Shown here: positions 1 through 9,659 of the stretch, piece by piece
How positions within the stretch are numbered: the first letter of the stretch is position 1
How the letters are laid out: each line of letters opens with the position of its first letter
Assembly: GCA_963713725.1 (NCBI GenBank)
Contig: CAVQMZ010000024.1
Location: 5,664-69,663, forward strand
Direction of reading: 5' to 3'
DNA from: an uncultured Bacteroidota bacterium
Lineage (GTDB): Bacteria > Bacteroidota > Bacteroidia > Bacteroidales > GCA-2748055
Length of the DNA stretch: 64,000 nucleotides
The notes under the pieces: model-generated
The model's input: the letters and a program-made list of their open reading frames with translations, nothing else
Database searches by the model: none
What the model was told of the DNA's origin: nothing
Made by a program: the position numbers and the translations under genes

Positions 1-253
1 CAGGTTGAATGTTCTGATCCTGGCAAAAATCATAAAGCTCCTGTGCAGCCGACTCTATGGCCAGATCCTGATAAACAGTCCTTACCTGAATCCTCTGCTT
101 TTGCTCAAGAGACCGCTTTAATTCCTGAAGCTCAGTTTCCTGGTTGCTGACCGCGATGATATTACATCCTTTGGCTGCCAGTTGTTCTGAAATGTGCCAT
201 CCGATGCCAGAAGAAGCCCCCGTTACAAGAGCCCAGAATCCCATTGTATTCAT
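1..253 (-). CDS. short-chain dehydrogenase/reductase (SDR), N-terminal part; gene continues off the left edge
   Basis: Manual minus-strand translation from ATG at 253 gives MNTMGFWALVTGASSGIGWHISEQLAAKGCNIIAVS..., with the TGxxxGIG Rossmann motif. Absent from the ORF track because the window edge truncates it. Confidence 0.8.
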   Translation of the reverse strand, partial: MNTMGFWALVTGASSGIGWHISEQLAAKGCNIIAVSNQETELQELKRSLEQKQRIQVRTVYQDLAIESAAQELYDFCQDQNIQP

Positions 254-325
254 TTATTTCGGCTTTGATTTAAAAATACTAAACAATATGAATAAATTAA
301 CGGGCTCAAACCCATACTTAAAAAA

Positions 326-1720
326 ATGTTCAGCGCAGATACCTATATCCAGAGAAGAAAAAAACTGGCCGAGAGCCTTAGCTCAGGACTAATTCTACTC
401 CCCGGGAATGAAGAATCGCCCATGAATTATGCTGACAACACCTATCATTTCCGTCAGGACAGTACTTTTCTTTACTTTTTTGGCATCGACCAGCCCTCTC
501 TGGCCGGAGTTTTAGATGCCGACAGTGGAGAAGCCATGCTTTTCGGGGATGACTATGACATTGAAATGATTGTATGGACCGGCGTGGTTCCCACCATCGC
601 TTCCCTGGGTGAAAAGGCCGGTCTTAGTGATGTGAGACCATCCGCGGCACTGGCCGGAGTCATCTCTGAGGCGGTGAGCTCCAAAAGGCAAATTCATTTC
701 CTGAATCCCTACCGCAGTGACATCCTTTTAAAAGTTTCTGAGCTCACCGGTATTCATTACGGAAAAGTTTCCGAAAAGGCCTCCCTGGAGCTTACCAAAG
801 CTGTGGTTGCGCAAAGGGAGATCAAGTCGGATGAAGAAATTGCTGAAATTGACCGGGCTGTGGAGATCAGTGCAGAAATGCACCTGGCAGGAATGCGTTA
901 TGCCCGTCCGGGAATGATGGAAGCCGAAGTGGCAGCAAAAGTCGCTGAGGTGGCCCTGGCAGCAAATGGGAATCCATCTTTTCCCATCATTGCAACTATC
1001 AATGGGCAAACTCTACACAACCATTATCACGGGAATACGATCAAGTCGGGTGACCTCTTCCTACTTGATGCAGGAGCTGAAACCCCCATGCGCTATGCCG
1101 GCGACCTGTCCAGTACCTTTCCGGTGGATCCGACCTTTACACCCCTACAGAAAGAAATCTATCAGCTATGCCTGGACGCTCACATGGCCTCGGTCTCCAT
1201 GCTTAAACCCGGCACCCCCTTTAAAGAAGTACACCTGATGGCATGCAGGACCATTTTCGAGGGACTAAAATCCTTTGGTATGACCCGGGGTGATACGGAA
1301 GAGGCACTTCAAGCCGGAGCCCACGCTCTTTTCTTTCCCTGTGGCACAGGCCATATGATGGGGCTTGATGTGCACGATATGGAAAACCTGGGTGAGCAAT
1401 GGGTTGGTTATGACGGAGTTCCCAAATCCACCCAGTTTGGATTAAAATCACTTCGCCTGGGCAAGGCCCTTCGCCCCGGATTTGTGGTAACCGTCGAACC
1501 CGGCATTTACTTCATTCCCGATTTGATCGAGATGTGGAAATCCAAAAATCACCTGGAGAATTTCCTCAATTATTCGGAAATTGAAAAATTCAAGAGTTTC
1601 AGCGGCTTAAGAAATGAAGAGGACTACCTGATTACGGAGGAAGGGGCCCGCCTGATGGGCAAGCCCCTCCCAATGACTATTGATGGGGTGGAATCCATCA
1701 GATCACAAGAACTGGCTTAG
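326..1720 (+). CDS. pepP: Xaa-Pro aminopeptidase (M24B family)
   Basis: 464-aa ORF with an AMP_N-like N-terminus and pita-bread fold motifs (LFLLDAGAE, GTGHMMGLDVHD, VVTVEPGIYF, NEEDYLITEEG). Confidence 0.85.
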   Translation: MFSADTYIQRRKKLAESLSSGLILLPGNEESPMNYADNTYHFRQDSTFLYFFGIDQPSLAGVLDADSGEAMLFGDDYDIEMIVWTGVVPTIASLGEKAGLSDVRPSAALAGVISEAVSSKRQIHFLNPYRSDILLKVSELTGIHYGKVSEKASLELTKAVVAQREIKSDEEIAEIDRAVEISAEMHLAGMRYARPGMMEAEVAAKVAEVALAANGNPSFPIIATINGQTLHNHYHGNTIKSGDLFLLDAGAETPMRYAGDLSSTFPVDPTFTPLQKEIYQLCLDAHMASVSMLKPGTPFKEVHLMACRTIFEGLKSFGMTRGDTEEALQAGAHALFFPCGTGHMMGLDVHDMENLGEQWVGYDGVPKSTQFGLKSLRLGKALRPGFVVTVEPGIYFIPDLIEMWKSKNHLENFLNYSEIEKFKSFSGLRNEEDYLITEEGARLMGKPLPMTIDGVESIRSQELA

Positions 1721-1722
1721 AT

Positions 1723-2946
1723 TCAGGCTACGAAAGTATAGGCTTTACCTACTTTTCCTGCCCTGCCTGTTCTGCCAATGCGGTGGATATAACTGTCATG
1801 GGTTTGTGGAACCTGGTAATTGATCACATGCGTTACATCTGAAACATCAAGTCCCCTTGAGGCCACATCGGTAGCAACCAGAACCTGCACTCGACCCTGT
1901 TTAAAGGCCTGCAGGGCATTCTGACGTGCATTCTGGCTCTTATTCCCGTGAATCTGATCGGCCTTTATACCGGAATTGTTTAACTTCAGGCACAGGCGAC
2001 TTACCCGATGCTTGGTCTCCTCGAAAAGAAGAACCTTGTTAAACTCATTCTGGGCCAGCATTTTCTGCAGAACTTTAAACTTGTCTTCACCGGGCTTCAG
2101 CCTGATTATTTCCTGGTCGATACCATCACCGGAACTATTTCCAGCACTCACTTTGACAGTCACATGATTATTCAGAATGGAATTGATCATGGCCTGTTGC
2201 GATTTATCAAGGGTGGCTGAAAAGAGCATGGTGTGCTTGCGCTGTTTCATTCCGGCAATAATGCGATTTACATCGCGAATGAAACCCATATCCAGCATGC
2301 GATCGAACTCATCCAGAACAAGGGTTTTAAATTTACCCAGATCAATGGCACGGCGATCGGTAAGATCGAGCAGCCTTCCGGGCGTGGCAATTACCACATG
2401 GGTGCTTCTGCGAAGCCTCTTAAGGTCTGTATTGATGTTGGTGCCACCAATGAAACATGCACTAAAAAAACCCAGTCCTTTTGACATGGTTTTAAACTCC
2501 TCTTCAACCTGGAGAGCCAGCTCACGTGTGGGAACAACCACCAGCGCATAGGGATTTACCCTGTTATGCAGTAATTGTTCAATGATGGGGATGAGGAAGG
2601 CTCCGGTTTTACCGGTACCTGTCTGGGCAATTCCCAGGATATCCCTGCCTTCTAAAAGGGTTTCAAGGGTTCTGTCCTGAATTTCTGTGGGTCTTTCATA
2701 TCCCTTTGAAGCCAGGGCTTCCTTCAATTTAGCATCGATGGGCATATCTTTAATCAGCCTCTTGGAACGAAAAACTGTTTCAATCACAGTGGGATCCGCT
2801 TCCTTTACAAGGAGGGAAGGATCCAGTGTCGAGGCCTTTTTGGCCGAACGTGGCTGGTTTTGATAACGATTGTTTGGTCGCTGAACTCTTTTACGACCAG
2901 AATTTGATTGATTACTTCTGTTGTTACTTACTGTTGTGTTATTCAT
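1723..2946 (-). CDS. DEAD-box ATP-dependent RNA helicase (motif II is DEFD)
   Basis: 407-aa ORF with AQTGTGKTGAF (motif I), PTRELA (Ia), LVLDEFDRMLDMGF (II), SAT (III) and HRIGRTGRAG (VI). The N-terminus is an N/Q/R-rich low-complexity stretch. Confidence 0.9.
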   Translation of the reverse strand: MNNTTVSNNRSNQSNSGRKRVQRPNNRYQNQPRSAKKASTLDPSLLVKEADPTVIETVFRSKRLIKDMPIDAKLKEALASKGYERPTEIQDRTLETLLEGRDILGIAQTGTGKTGAFLIPIIEQLLHNRVNPYALVVVPTRELALQVEEEFKTMSKGLGFFSACFIGGTNINTDLKRLRRSTHVVIATPGRLLDLTDRRAIDLGKFKTLVLDEFDRMLDMGFIRDVNRIIAGMKQRKHTMLFSATLDKSQQAMINSILNNHVTVKVSAGNSSGDGIDQEIIRLKPGEDKFKVLQKMLAQNEFNKVLLFEETKHRVSRLCLKLNNSGIKADQIHGNKSQNARQNALQAFKQGRVQVLVATDVASRGLDVSDVTHVINYQVPQTHDSYIHRIGRTGRAGKVGKAYTFVA

Positions 2947-3157
2947 ATAATAATATTTGAACAGCCTTAATACAAGGCTGCTATATGGTTTAAAAAGACG
3001 TGCTTCGATGAGCCGCCGCCTTAGCTGAATCAGAAAAAAAGAGAGGGGTCCCTGAAATGCGGGAAAACTGCCTAATTGAAAAGTCGGCTAAGAAATTTCC
3101 ACAAAGGTAATCAAATTTTCTCAGGAATATTAAGACCTTTGCAGCAAAGCCTTTAAA

Positions 3158-4405
3158 ATGAAGTTTGAGGATTATCATATCGCTGATGGAATTAAGACCA
3201 GTATTTCCAAACTGGGCTTTAAAAAACCCACCGACATACAGTTTAAATCCATTCCTCCCATTTTGCGAGGAGAGGATGTACTGGCCATAGCCCAGACCGG
3301 AACCGGAAAGACTGCGGCCTTTGCAATTCCTGTATTACACACCTTGAATGATCGCAAGATAAAAGGGCGTCCCGATGGCGTAAAATGCCTGGTCATGGTT
3401 CCAACACACGAGCTGGCCCTTCAGACCGAAAATGTTTTCAGGGTGCTGGGAAAGCATACAAGGGTCTCTGCCTTTGCCATTCACGGTGGGGTAGACCAGG
3501 ATCCACAAATAAAACAGCTGAATAAGGGTGTCGATGTACTTATTGCTACTCCCGGTCGGATGTTTGACCTGGTAAGCCAGGGCGAACTGCAACTTCAAAG
3601 GGTGGAAATCCTGGTATTGGATGAAGCGGATCATATGCTTGATATGGGTTTTATCAAGGATATAAGAGATCTGATGAAACATCTGCCCAGGAAGCGTCAG
3701 ACACTGTTCTTTTCAGCCACCATCAATGAGCAGATAAAAAAGATTGCCTACTCCCTGGTGACCGACGCCATACGCATACAGATCTCACCTAAAGATCCTG
3801 TGGCCAAAAACATCGAGCATGCGGTGGCCTTTATCGAAATGGACGACAAGCGCTTCTTCCTCGAAAATGTGATAACCAACCATCCGGATTCAAAAATTCT
3901 GGTATTTGTGCGAACAAAGGTTCGCGCCGAAAGGGTGAAAAAGGCACTGGAAAGGGTGAATATACCCTCTGAAACCATTCACAGTGACAAGGAACAGGAA
4001 CAGCGTGAACTTACCATGCAGCTCTTCCGTTCTGGTGCTGCTAAAGTATTGATTGCTACGGATGTAAGTGCACGTGGAATTGATATTCCCGATGTGGAAC
4101 TGGTGGTGAATTATGACCTGCCTGAAACCCCCGAGTATTATGTGCACAGGGTCGGCCGGACCGGCAGAGGGACTAACAAAGGACAGGCAATCTCCTTTTG
4201 CAGCAAAGAGGAAAGGGAAATGCTTGCCATCATCGAAGCACAATTGGGCAAACCCATATACCGGACCGAGATGTCCAAAGGTTTCTATAAGGACACCATA
4301 GAGGCATCAAAAGAGAATGAAGAAACGGATTGGCAGTCCCTGCTGGACCAGGAAGATGAGTTTCAGAAAAAGAAGAAGAAAAAGGGTAAAAAATCGAAGA
4401 AATGA
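3158..4405 (+). CDS. DEAD-box ATP-dependent RNA helicase with Lys-rich C-terminal tail
   Basis: 415-aa ORF with AQTGTGKTAAF, PTHELA, VLDEADHMLDMGF, SAT and HRVGRTGRG. The C-terminus is KKKKKKGKKSKK. Confidence 0.9.
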   Translation: MKFEDYHIADGIKTSISKLGFKKPTDIQFKSIPPILRGEDVLAIAQTGTGKTAAFAIPVLHTLNDRKIKGRPDGVKCLVMVPTHELALQTENVFRVLGKHTRVSAFAIHGGVDQDPQIKQLNKGVDVLIATPGRMFDLVSQGELQLQRVEILVLDEADHMLDMGFIKDIRDLMKHLPRKRQTLFFSATINEQIKKIAYSLVTDAIRIQISPKDPVAKNIEHAVAFIEMDDKRFFLENVITNHPDSKILVFVRTKVRAERVKKALERVNIPSETIHSDKEQEQRELTMQLFRSGAAKVLIATDVSARGIDIPDVELVVNYDLPETPEYYVHRVGRTGRGTNKGQAISFCSKEEREMLAIIEAQLGKPIYRTEMSKGFYKDTIEASKENEETDWQSLLDQEDEFQKKKKKKGKKSKK

Positions 4406-4722
4406 TAAGGCTTATTTTAATTGCCCTGCTCGTTTTCATTTTGAACATCCCATTTGGATACTGGAGGGCAAATGTCAAACATTTTTCGCTTCAATGGTTC
4501 CTTGCCATTCACATTCCCGTACCCTTTATTGTGGCCCTCAGAATCCTGTCTGGCATTGGATTCGGCTGGTACACCTATGTTTTTTTAGTGGGCGCATTTT
4601 TCCTGGGGCAAAGATTTGGCTCGGTACTTATGAAATGGATCCATGAACGATGCCAACAGGAGTCTTCCTGCATTGTTATGGATCTGGTGCGCTGCTCGAA
4701 ATCCGGCAAGGGGGCGCTATGA
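4402..4722 (+). CDS. small integral membrane protein, unknown function
   Basis: 106-aa ORF with about three hydrophobic helices. Its start overlaps the helicase stop (ATGA), which suggests translational coupling. Confidence 0.5.
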   Translation: MIRLILIALLVFILNIPFGYWRANVKHFSLQWFLAIHIPVPFIVALRILSGIGFGWYTYVFLVGAFFLGQRFGSVLMKWIHERCQQESSCIVMDLVRCSKSGKGAL

Positions 4723-4732
4723 TTCTTTTCAC

Positions 4733-7139
4733 CTAGTCCCGTCTCATTGAAATAGCCGGATTAACATTGGCTGTTTTCAAAACCTGGGATATTACGGTTA
4801 TGATGGTAATCAGGAGTACAATAAAAGTGGGAATAATAAAAAACCACCAACCGATACTCACTCTGTAGGCAAAATTTTCAAGCCATCCGGACATGATGTA
4901 GTAAGCCATTCCCAGTCCAATGGGAACAGCGATCACCACCTGGATCACAAAATAACGCAGGAGAAGAAGCACCGCATTGCTTACGGAAGAACCCAGCACC
5001 TTCCTGAGTCCAATTTCCCGGGTTCGCTGAATGGTGGCATAGGAGGAGAGACCAAACAATCCAAGGCCCGCAATGAATATGGCCAGGAAAGCAAAGAGGC
5101 CAAATACCCTTCCAAATCGCATCTCGTTCCTGTATTGCTCGTTATAATAGTCCTCTAAAAAGAAATACTCAAACGGATTCTGGGGAAAGAACTGCAACCA
5201 CTCTTCCTCCACAAAAGCAAGAACCTCCTTGCTTTTCAAAGGATTTACCTTTATGGAATAGTATGAGTTTGCATCCTTGAAGTACCTGAATACCAATGGC
5301 TCCTGATTTTCCTTCAATCCTTCCTGGTGGTAATTTTTCAATACCCCGACAATGTTGAAAGTATCCCCCCAGAAATAAATGGGCACATTTATTGCCGAAG
5401 CATTGTCCTCAAAACCCATGAGGGTAACTGCCGCCTCGTTTAGCAGTACCGTCTCACTGTTCTGGCCAAAATCCTCAGAAAAATTCCGTCCCTCAAGGAT
5501 GCTCAGTCCATAAAAATCCACAAAATCAAAATCGAAGCCAATGATCCGGTACTGATTTCCATCTTCTTCAGCGTCAGAAAGCCTGCGAATCCCGCCAGCG
5601 TTCCAGCCGGGTTGTCGTCCGGGAACAACAATGGAAGCTGTAACCTTCTCCACATCCGGATTTCGAATCAGCTCCTGCTTAAAGGCGCTGAATTTTTCAG
5701 AATAAGTGGAATCATTTACTGCAGGTCCTCTGACTACCAAGACATTATCAATGTCAACCCCAAGGTCGGAGTTTCTCATATAGGAAATTTGGGTATAAAC
5801 AGTGAGGGTGCCGGCCACCAGCAGAAGGGAGGTGGTAAACTGGAAAATCACCAGGATCCGGCGCATGCCCAGTCCGCCCACTTTTAATTCAGAAACCCCT
5901 TTAAATACAGTGGTGGGTTTAAATGAGGATAGGAAAAGGGCAGGGTAGAGGCCGGAAAAAAATGCGCCCACAATAAAACCCAGCAAAACCAGGCCCCAGA
6001 AACCTGAATTGGATCCAAAGGAGTAGTCAAGATTTTGTCCAGTCAGATCGATTGAAGGCCTGCCCAAGTGTAATAACCAGGATAAATGCAAGCCCTATGG
6101 CAATGATGTTCATAAGAAAGGACTCCATTAAAAATTGCCCCAGTAACTGCCTTCTCTGGGCACCATTCACTTTGCGCATTCCAACCTCACGGGCTCGCTC
6201 CAGCGAACGGGCACTGGAGAGATTAATATAATTGATCCAGGCAATGATCACCAGGAAAATGGATATGGCAATCAGGGCGTATACTGAACGGGCATTCCCA
6301 TTGGGTTCAGCTTCAAACATAAAATCAGAATTCAGGTGTATGCTTTTAAGAGGCTGAAGATTATAAATAGCCCCGGCACCAAAGTTTGCCAGATCTTCCC
6401 CTGTAAGCTCCTCCACAAGGGCTGGTATTTTTGTCTCAAAGTCCTTATAATCAGTATGTGGGTTAAGCTGGATATAGTTGAAAAATCCGTCCCATTGCCA
6501 GGCTGTATTAACGTTCTCTCCACGAAACCTCACCAGTGTAGCCCACGAAACCACTATATCGGGTTTCAGGTGGGAATTCTCCGGTGCATCCTCGAAAACC
6601 CCGATAATCCTGAATTCCACATCTCCATTAAAGCTCATGCTTTCACCGATGGGGCTTTCTTCTCCGAAATACTTCCTGGCGGTACTTCTGGACAGCAACA
6701 TTTCCATGGGATTCAAGAGCACAGTGTTTGGATCCCCTTCAAGAATGGCAAAGGAAAAAATTTCGAAAAAGGAAGTGTCGGCCAGGTAAATCTCCTCTTC
6801 CCTGAATTTTTTCTCCCCAACACTGAAAACACCATTCCATTTCTGAAAACGTGTAAAATTTTCCACCTCTTCGAAATTCTCATACAGGGCCTGTCCCACC
6901 GCTGAACAACCGGCCGCCCATTGGGTAGTCAGCTCTCCTTTGTTGTAGCGGTCCTGCTGAATCCGGTAGATAAGATCCTGATTTTCATGGAAATTATCAT
7001 AGCTAAGTTCAAATCGAACATACTGTATAATCAAAATAAAAGCAGCCATACCTATGGCTAAACCAACAATATTTATGAGGGAGGAAATTCGGTTCTTAAA
7101 AAGATTTCGGAAAGTAATCAGCAGGTAGTTGCGGAACAT
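4733..7139 (-). CDS. FtsX/MacB-like ABC transporter permease (two FtsX domains), split by one frameshift near 6057-6068
   Basis: ORFs 6027..7139 (MacB_PCD-like domain plus the first FtsX domain) and 4733..6091 (second half, ending in a 4-TM FtsX domain) overlap and tile one roughly 800-aa protein. The break sits at CTTGGGCAGGCC on the coding strand. Confidence 0.75.
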
Positions 7140-7302
7140 GGGGGACTTACTTTTGTGATTGTTGGTCAGCGTTAATAAATGAAAGACGAAGCAGTATAGA
7201 TTTTATTACAAGTTACATCTTTCATAATAAAGCACATATTTGCCCTTTTTTACTAATTTGGAATCCTGAATATTCAGCTCAAACCTTCAAAACAGTCTCC
7301 TG

Positions 7303-8437
7303 ATGGCCCCCGAACAGCATACTGAATCCCTTAGAACCCAGACAAAAGAACGATTGTTATCCCTGGATACCCTGCGCGGGTTTTGACATGGTCATGCTGC
7401 TGGGGGGAGGATGGATCCTGGTTACACTTGCTGAGGCCACAGGCTGGAGCTGGCTTGAAGCACTCGCTCTTCAGCAGGAACATGTGGACTGGGTAGGATT
7501 TCGCTTTTATGACCTGATCTTCCCCCTGTTTATGTTTATAAGTGGGGTAGCCATTCCCTATGCCATTTCTTCGAAGGTGGAAAAAGGAATAGCAAAGCAA
7601 TTGCTGCTGAAAAAGATATTCATCAGGCTGCTGGCCCTTATAACCCTGGGCTTGCTCTACAATGGTGTTCTGGAGTGGGGGTTTACCGATATGAGGGTTG
7701 CCAGCGTACTGGCTCAGATTGGCTTTGGCTACTTTTTTGCTGCGCTCATTTCACTTTACTCCAAAAGTATCAAGGGCGTTATTTTCTGGCTACTGGGCAT
7801 TTTAACCGGGGTGGCTGTATTACAGCTATTTGTCCCGGTGCCCGGATATGGAGCCGGGGTTTTTGAACCTGCGGCCACAATCAATGCCTGGCTTGACCAA
7901 CATTTTCTTCCCGGCAGACTTTATGACAAAGTATTTGACCCGGAAGGTATTCTTTGCATAGTTTCGGCAGTTTCAATCACTATGCTTGGAAGCCTGGCTG
8001 GATACCTGATACGAAGTACACCATATAAGCCTTCCCAAAAGGCCCTGTATATTGCAGCAGCAGGATTTGGTCTTGCCATCCTTGCCCTTGCCCTCAGCCA
8101 CGTTTACCCCATTATTAAAAAAATGTGGACCGTGCCCTATGTCCTCCTCGCTGCTGGAGTCAGCGCCCTCTTACTGGCTCTTTTCTATTATGTTATTGAT
8201 GTAAAAGGCTCTAAAAACTGGACCCTCTTCTTCAGGGTTTTTGGAATGAACTCCATTACCATTTATATGGTCACAAGGATTGTGAATTTTGGCGACATCA
8301 GTCATTTCTTTCTGAACTGGTTCTCCATCCATATCAGCGAGATCTGGGGTGCTGTGATCCTGGCCATTGGAGTGCTGCTGCTGGAATGGGCTTTTCTTTA
8401 CTTCCTCTATAAAAGAAAAATCTTCCTCAGGGTTTAA
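7303..8437 (+). CDS. membrane acyltransferase, DUF5009 / heparan-alpha-glucosaminide N-acetyltransferase-like, one frameshift at 7378-7384
   Basis: ATG at 7303 encodes MAPEQHTESLRTQTKERLLSLDTLRGF and then hits a stop. The family's N-terminal motif LSLDxLRGFDM continues in the frame of ORF 7388..8437 (DMVMLLGGG...). The break lies in the GGGTTTT run, and the 349-aa remainder is polytopic. Confidence 0.7.
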
Positions 8438-8621
8438 GTCAAAAAGAAGGCATTTCGCAGGATTTTACCCGATCACAAGTCTCAGTTATATTGTGCCATA
8501 TGAATGCGGCCAAATGTCTTGCATTCTCTTTAAGGAAACTGAGACTTCCGCCCCATGTCGTCGGTGCAATACTCAATTATACAGTATTTGCCATACGTTA
8601 ATTATATCGTTAATTGTTCTT

Positions 8622-8644
8622 TTATTTAGATTTAATCTAAATAA
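8622..8644. promoter_or_regulatory. perfect 11-bp inverted repeat (TTATTTAGATT T AATCTAAATAA) upstream of the peroxiredoxin gene; candidate operator
   Basis: Read directly from the sequence. It lies about 58 bp upstream of the ATG at 8702, and a direct repeat of CGTTAATT occurs at 8596-8603 and 8609-8616. Confidence 0.4.
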
Positions 8645-8701
8645 CAGACTTACCTTTCATATGATATATTTAATGATTGTAACGATTTTAAAAATTCACA
8701 C

Positions 8702-9424
8702 ATGAAAAAGCACATTTTCGTAGCATTAGCAGTTGTTTTTTGCCTTAGCCAGGCTTCTGCACAAGAAGCCTCAATTCCCCTGATTGGCTCCCAGGCTCCC
8801 TCTTTTACTGCCCAGTCTACCAATGGGAAGGTCAGTTTTCCCAACGACTTTGGCACCAGCTGGAAGATTATGTTTTCTCATCCAAAGGATTTTACGCCAG
8901 TTTGCTCTTCAGAGATACTTGAACTTGCCTATTCTCAGGATGAATTTTCAGAAATGAATGTGAAGTTTATTGTGTTATCCACTGATATCCTGGAACAACA
9001 CAACTCATGGAAAGCAGCCCTTGAAGAAATTCCATATAAGGACAGAGAACCTGTTCAGATTGATTTTCCCCTGGTGGCTGACAATGATTTAAAGGTCTCT
9101 ACCCTTTATGGAATGATTCATTCAAGTGCAAGCGTCAGTCAGAATGTCAGAGGCGTATATATTATCAGCCCTGATAACCTTATCAGCTCTATCATGTTTT
9201 ACCCAAACCAGGTAGGTCGAAACATTGAGGAGATTAAAAGAACGGTTATTGCTCTGCAACAAAATTATGCTGACAATTCTGTGGTTACTCCCGCCAATTG
9301 GGTGCCGGGTGATGATGTGATTGTTCCTGTTCTATCTCAGAAAGATAAGGAAGAACTGAATAGTGCAGATTCCAATTTCTATCAGGCCGCATGGTTCATG
9401 ACTTTTAAGAAGTCTGGATTATAA
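8702..9424 (+). CDS. exported peroxiredoxin (Prx6-like, AhpC/TSA family) with N-terminal signal peptide
   Basis: 240-aa ORF with signal peptide MKKHIFVALAVVFCLSQASAQ. The peroxidatic motif is FSHPKDFTPVCSSE. I saw no obvious resolving Cys motif. Confidence 0.8.
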   Translation: MKKHIFVALAVVFCLSQASAQEASIPLIGSQAPSFTAQSTNGKVSFPNDFGTSWKIMFSHPKDFTPVCSSEILELAYSQDEFSEMNVKFIVLSTDILEQHNSWKAALEEIPYKDREPVQIDFPLVADNDLKVSTLYGMIHSSASVSQNVRGVYIISPDNLISSIMFYPNQVGRNIEEIKRTVIALQQNYADNSVVTPANWVPGDDVIVPVLSQKDKEELNSADSNFYQAAWFMTFKKSGL

Positions 9425-9450
9425 TTTATATATTTTTGGATTTAGATAAA

Positions 9451-9486
9451 AGGCAGGTGTACAGTAGGCTGGCACCTGTCTTTTTC
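9451..9486 (+). terminator. probable rho-independent terminator after the peroxiredoxin gene
   Basis: A stem pairs AGGCAGGTGT with GCACCTGTCT (including G-T pairs) and is followed by a T-run. Confidence 0.45.
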
Positions 9487-9659
9487 ATTTCAAATCCATT
9501 CAAATACGGACCTCAAGGGTGCCTGGGAAAAAGCTGTTGTTGCTTCACAATGAAGCAAGGATTCCGGAGGATGAAGCTGATTCTGGTCCCAGGGTCACCC
9601 CATCTATAAAATTATCTACATTTGTACTGACCAATCTTGCAAAAAGATAATTTGAGAAT

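Noticed and set aside
144-392. 82-aa ORF bridging the SDR gene start and the pepP start
   Set aside because: It is antisense to the well-supported SDR N-terminus and overlaps the pepP start, so it is a typical shadow ORF.
8367-8705. 112-aa plus-strand ORF spanning the acyltransferase 3' end and the peroxiredoxin promoter
   Set aside because: It has low-complexity, Cys/Ile-rich sequence, overlaps a real gene end and an A+T-rich intergenic region, and shows no recognisable motifs.
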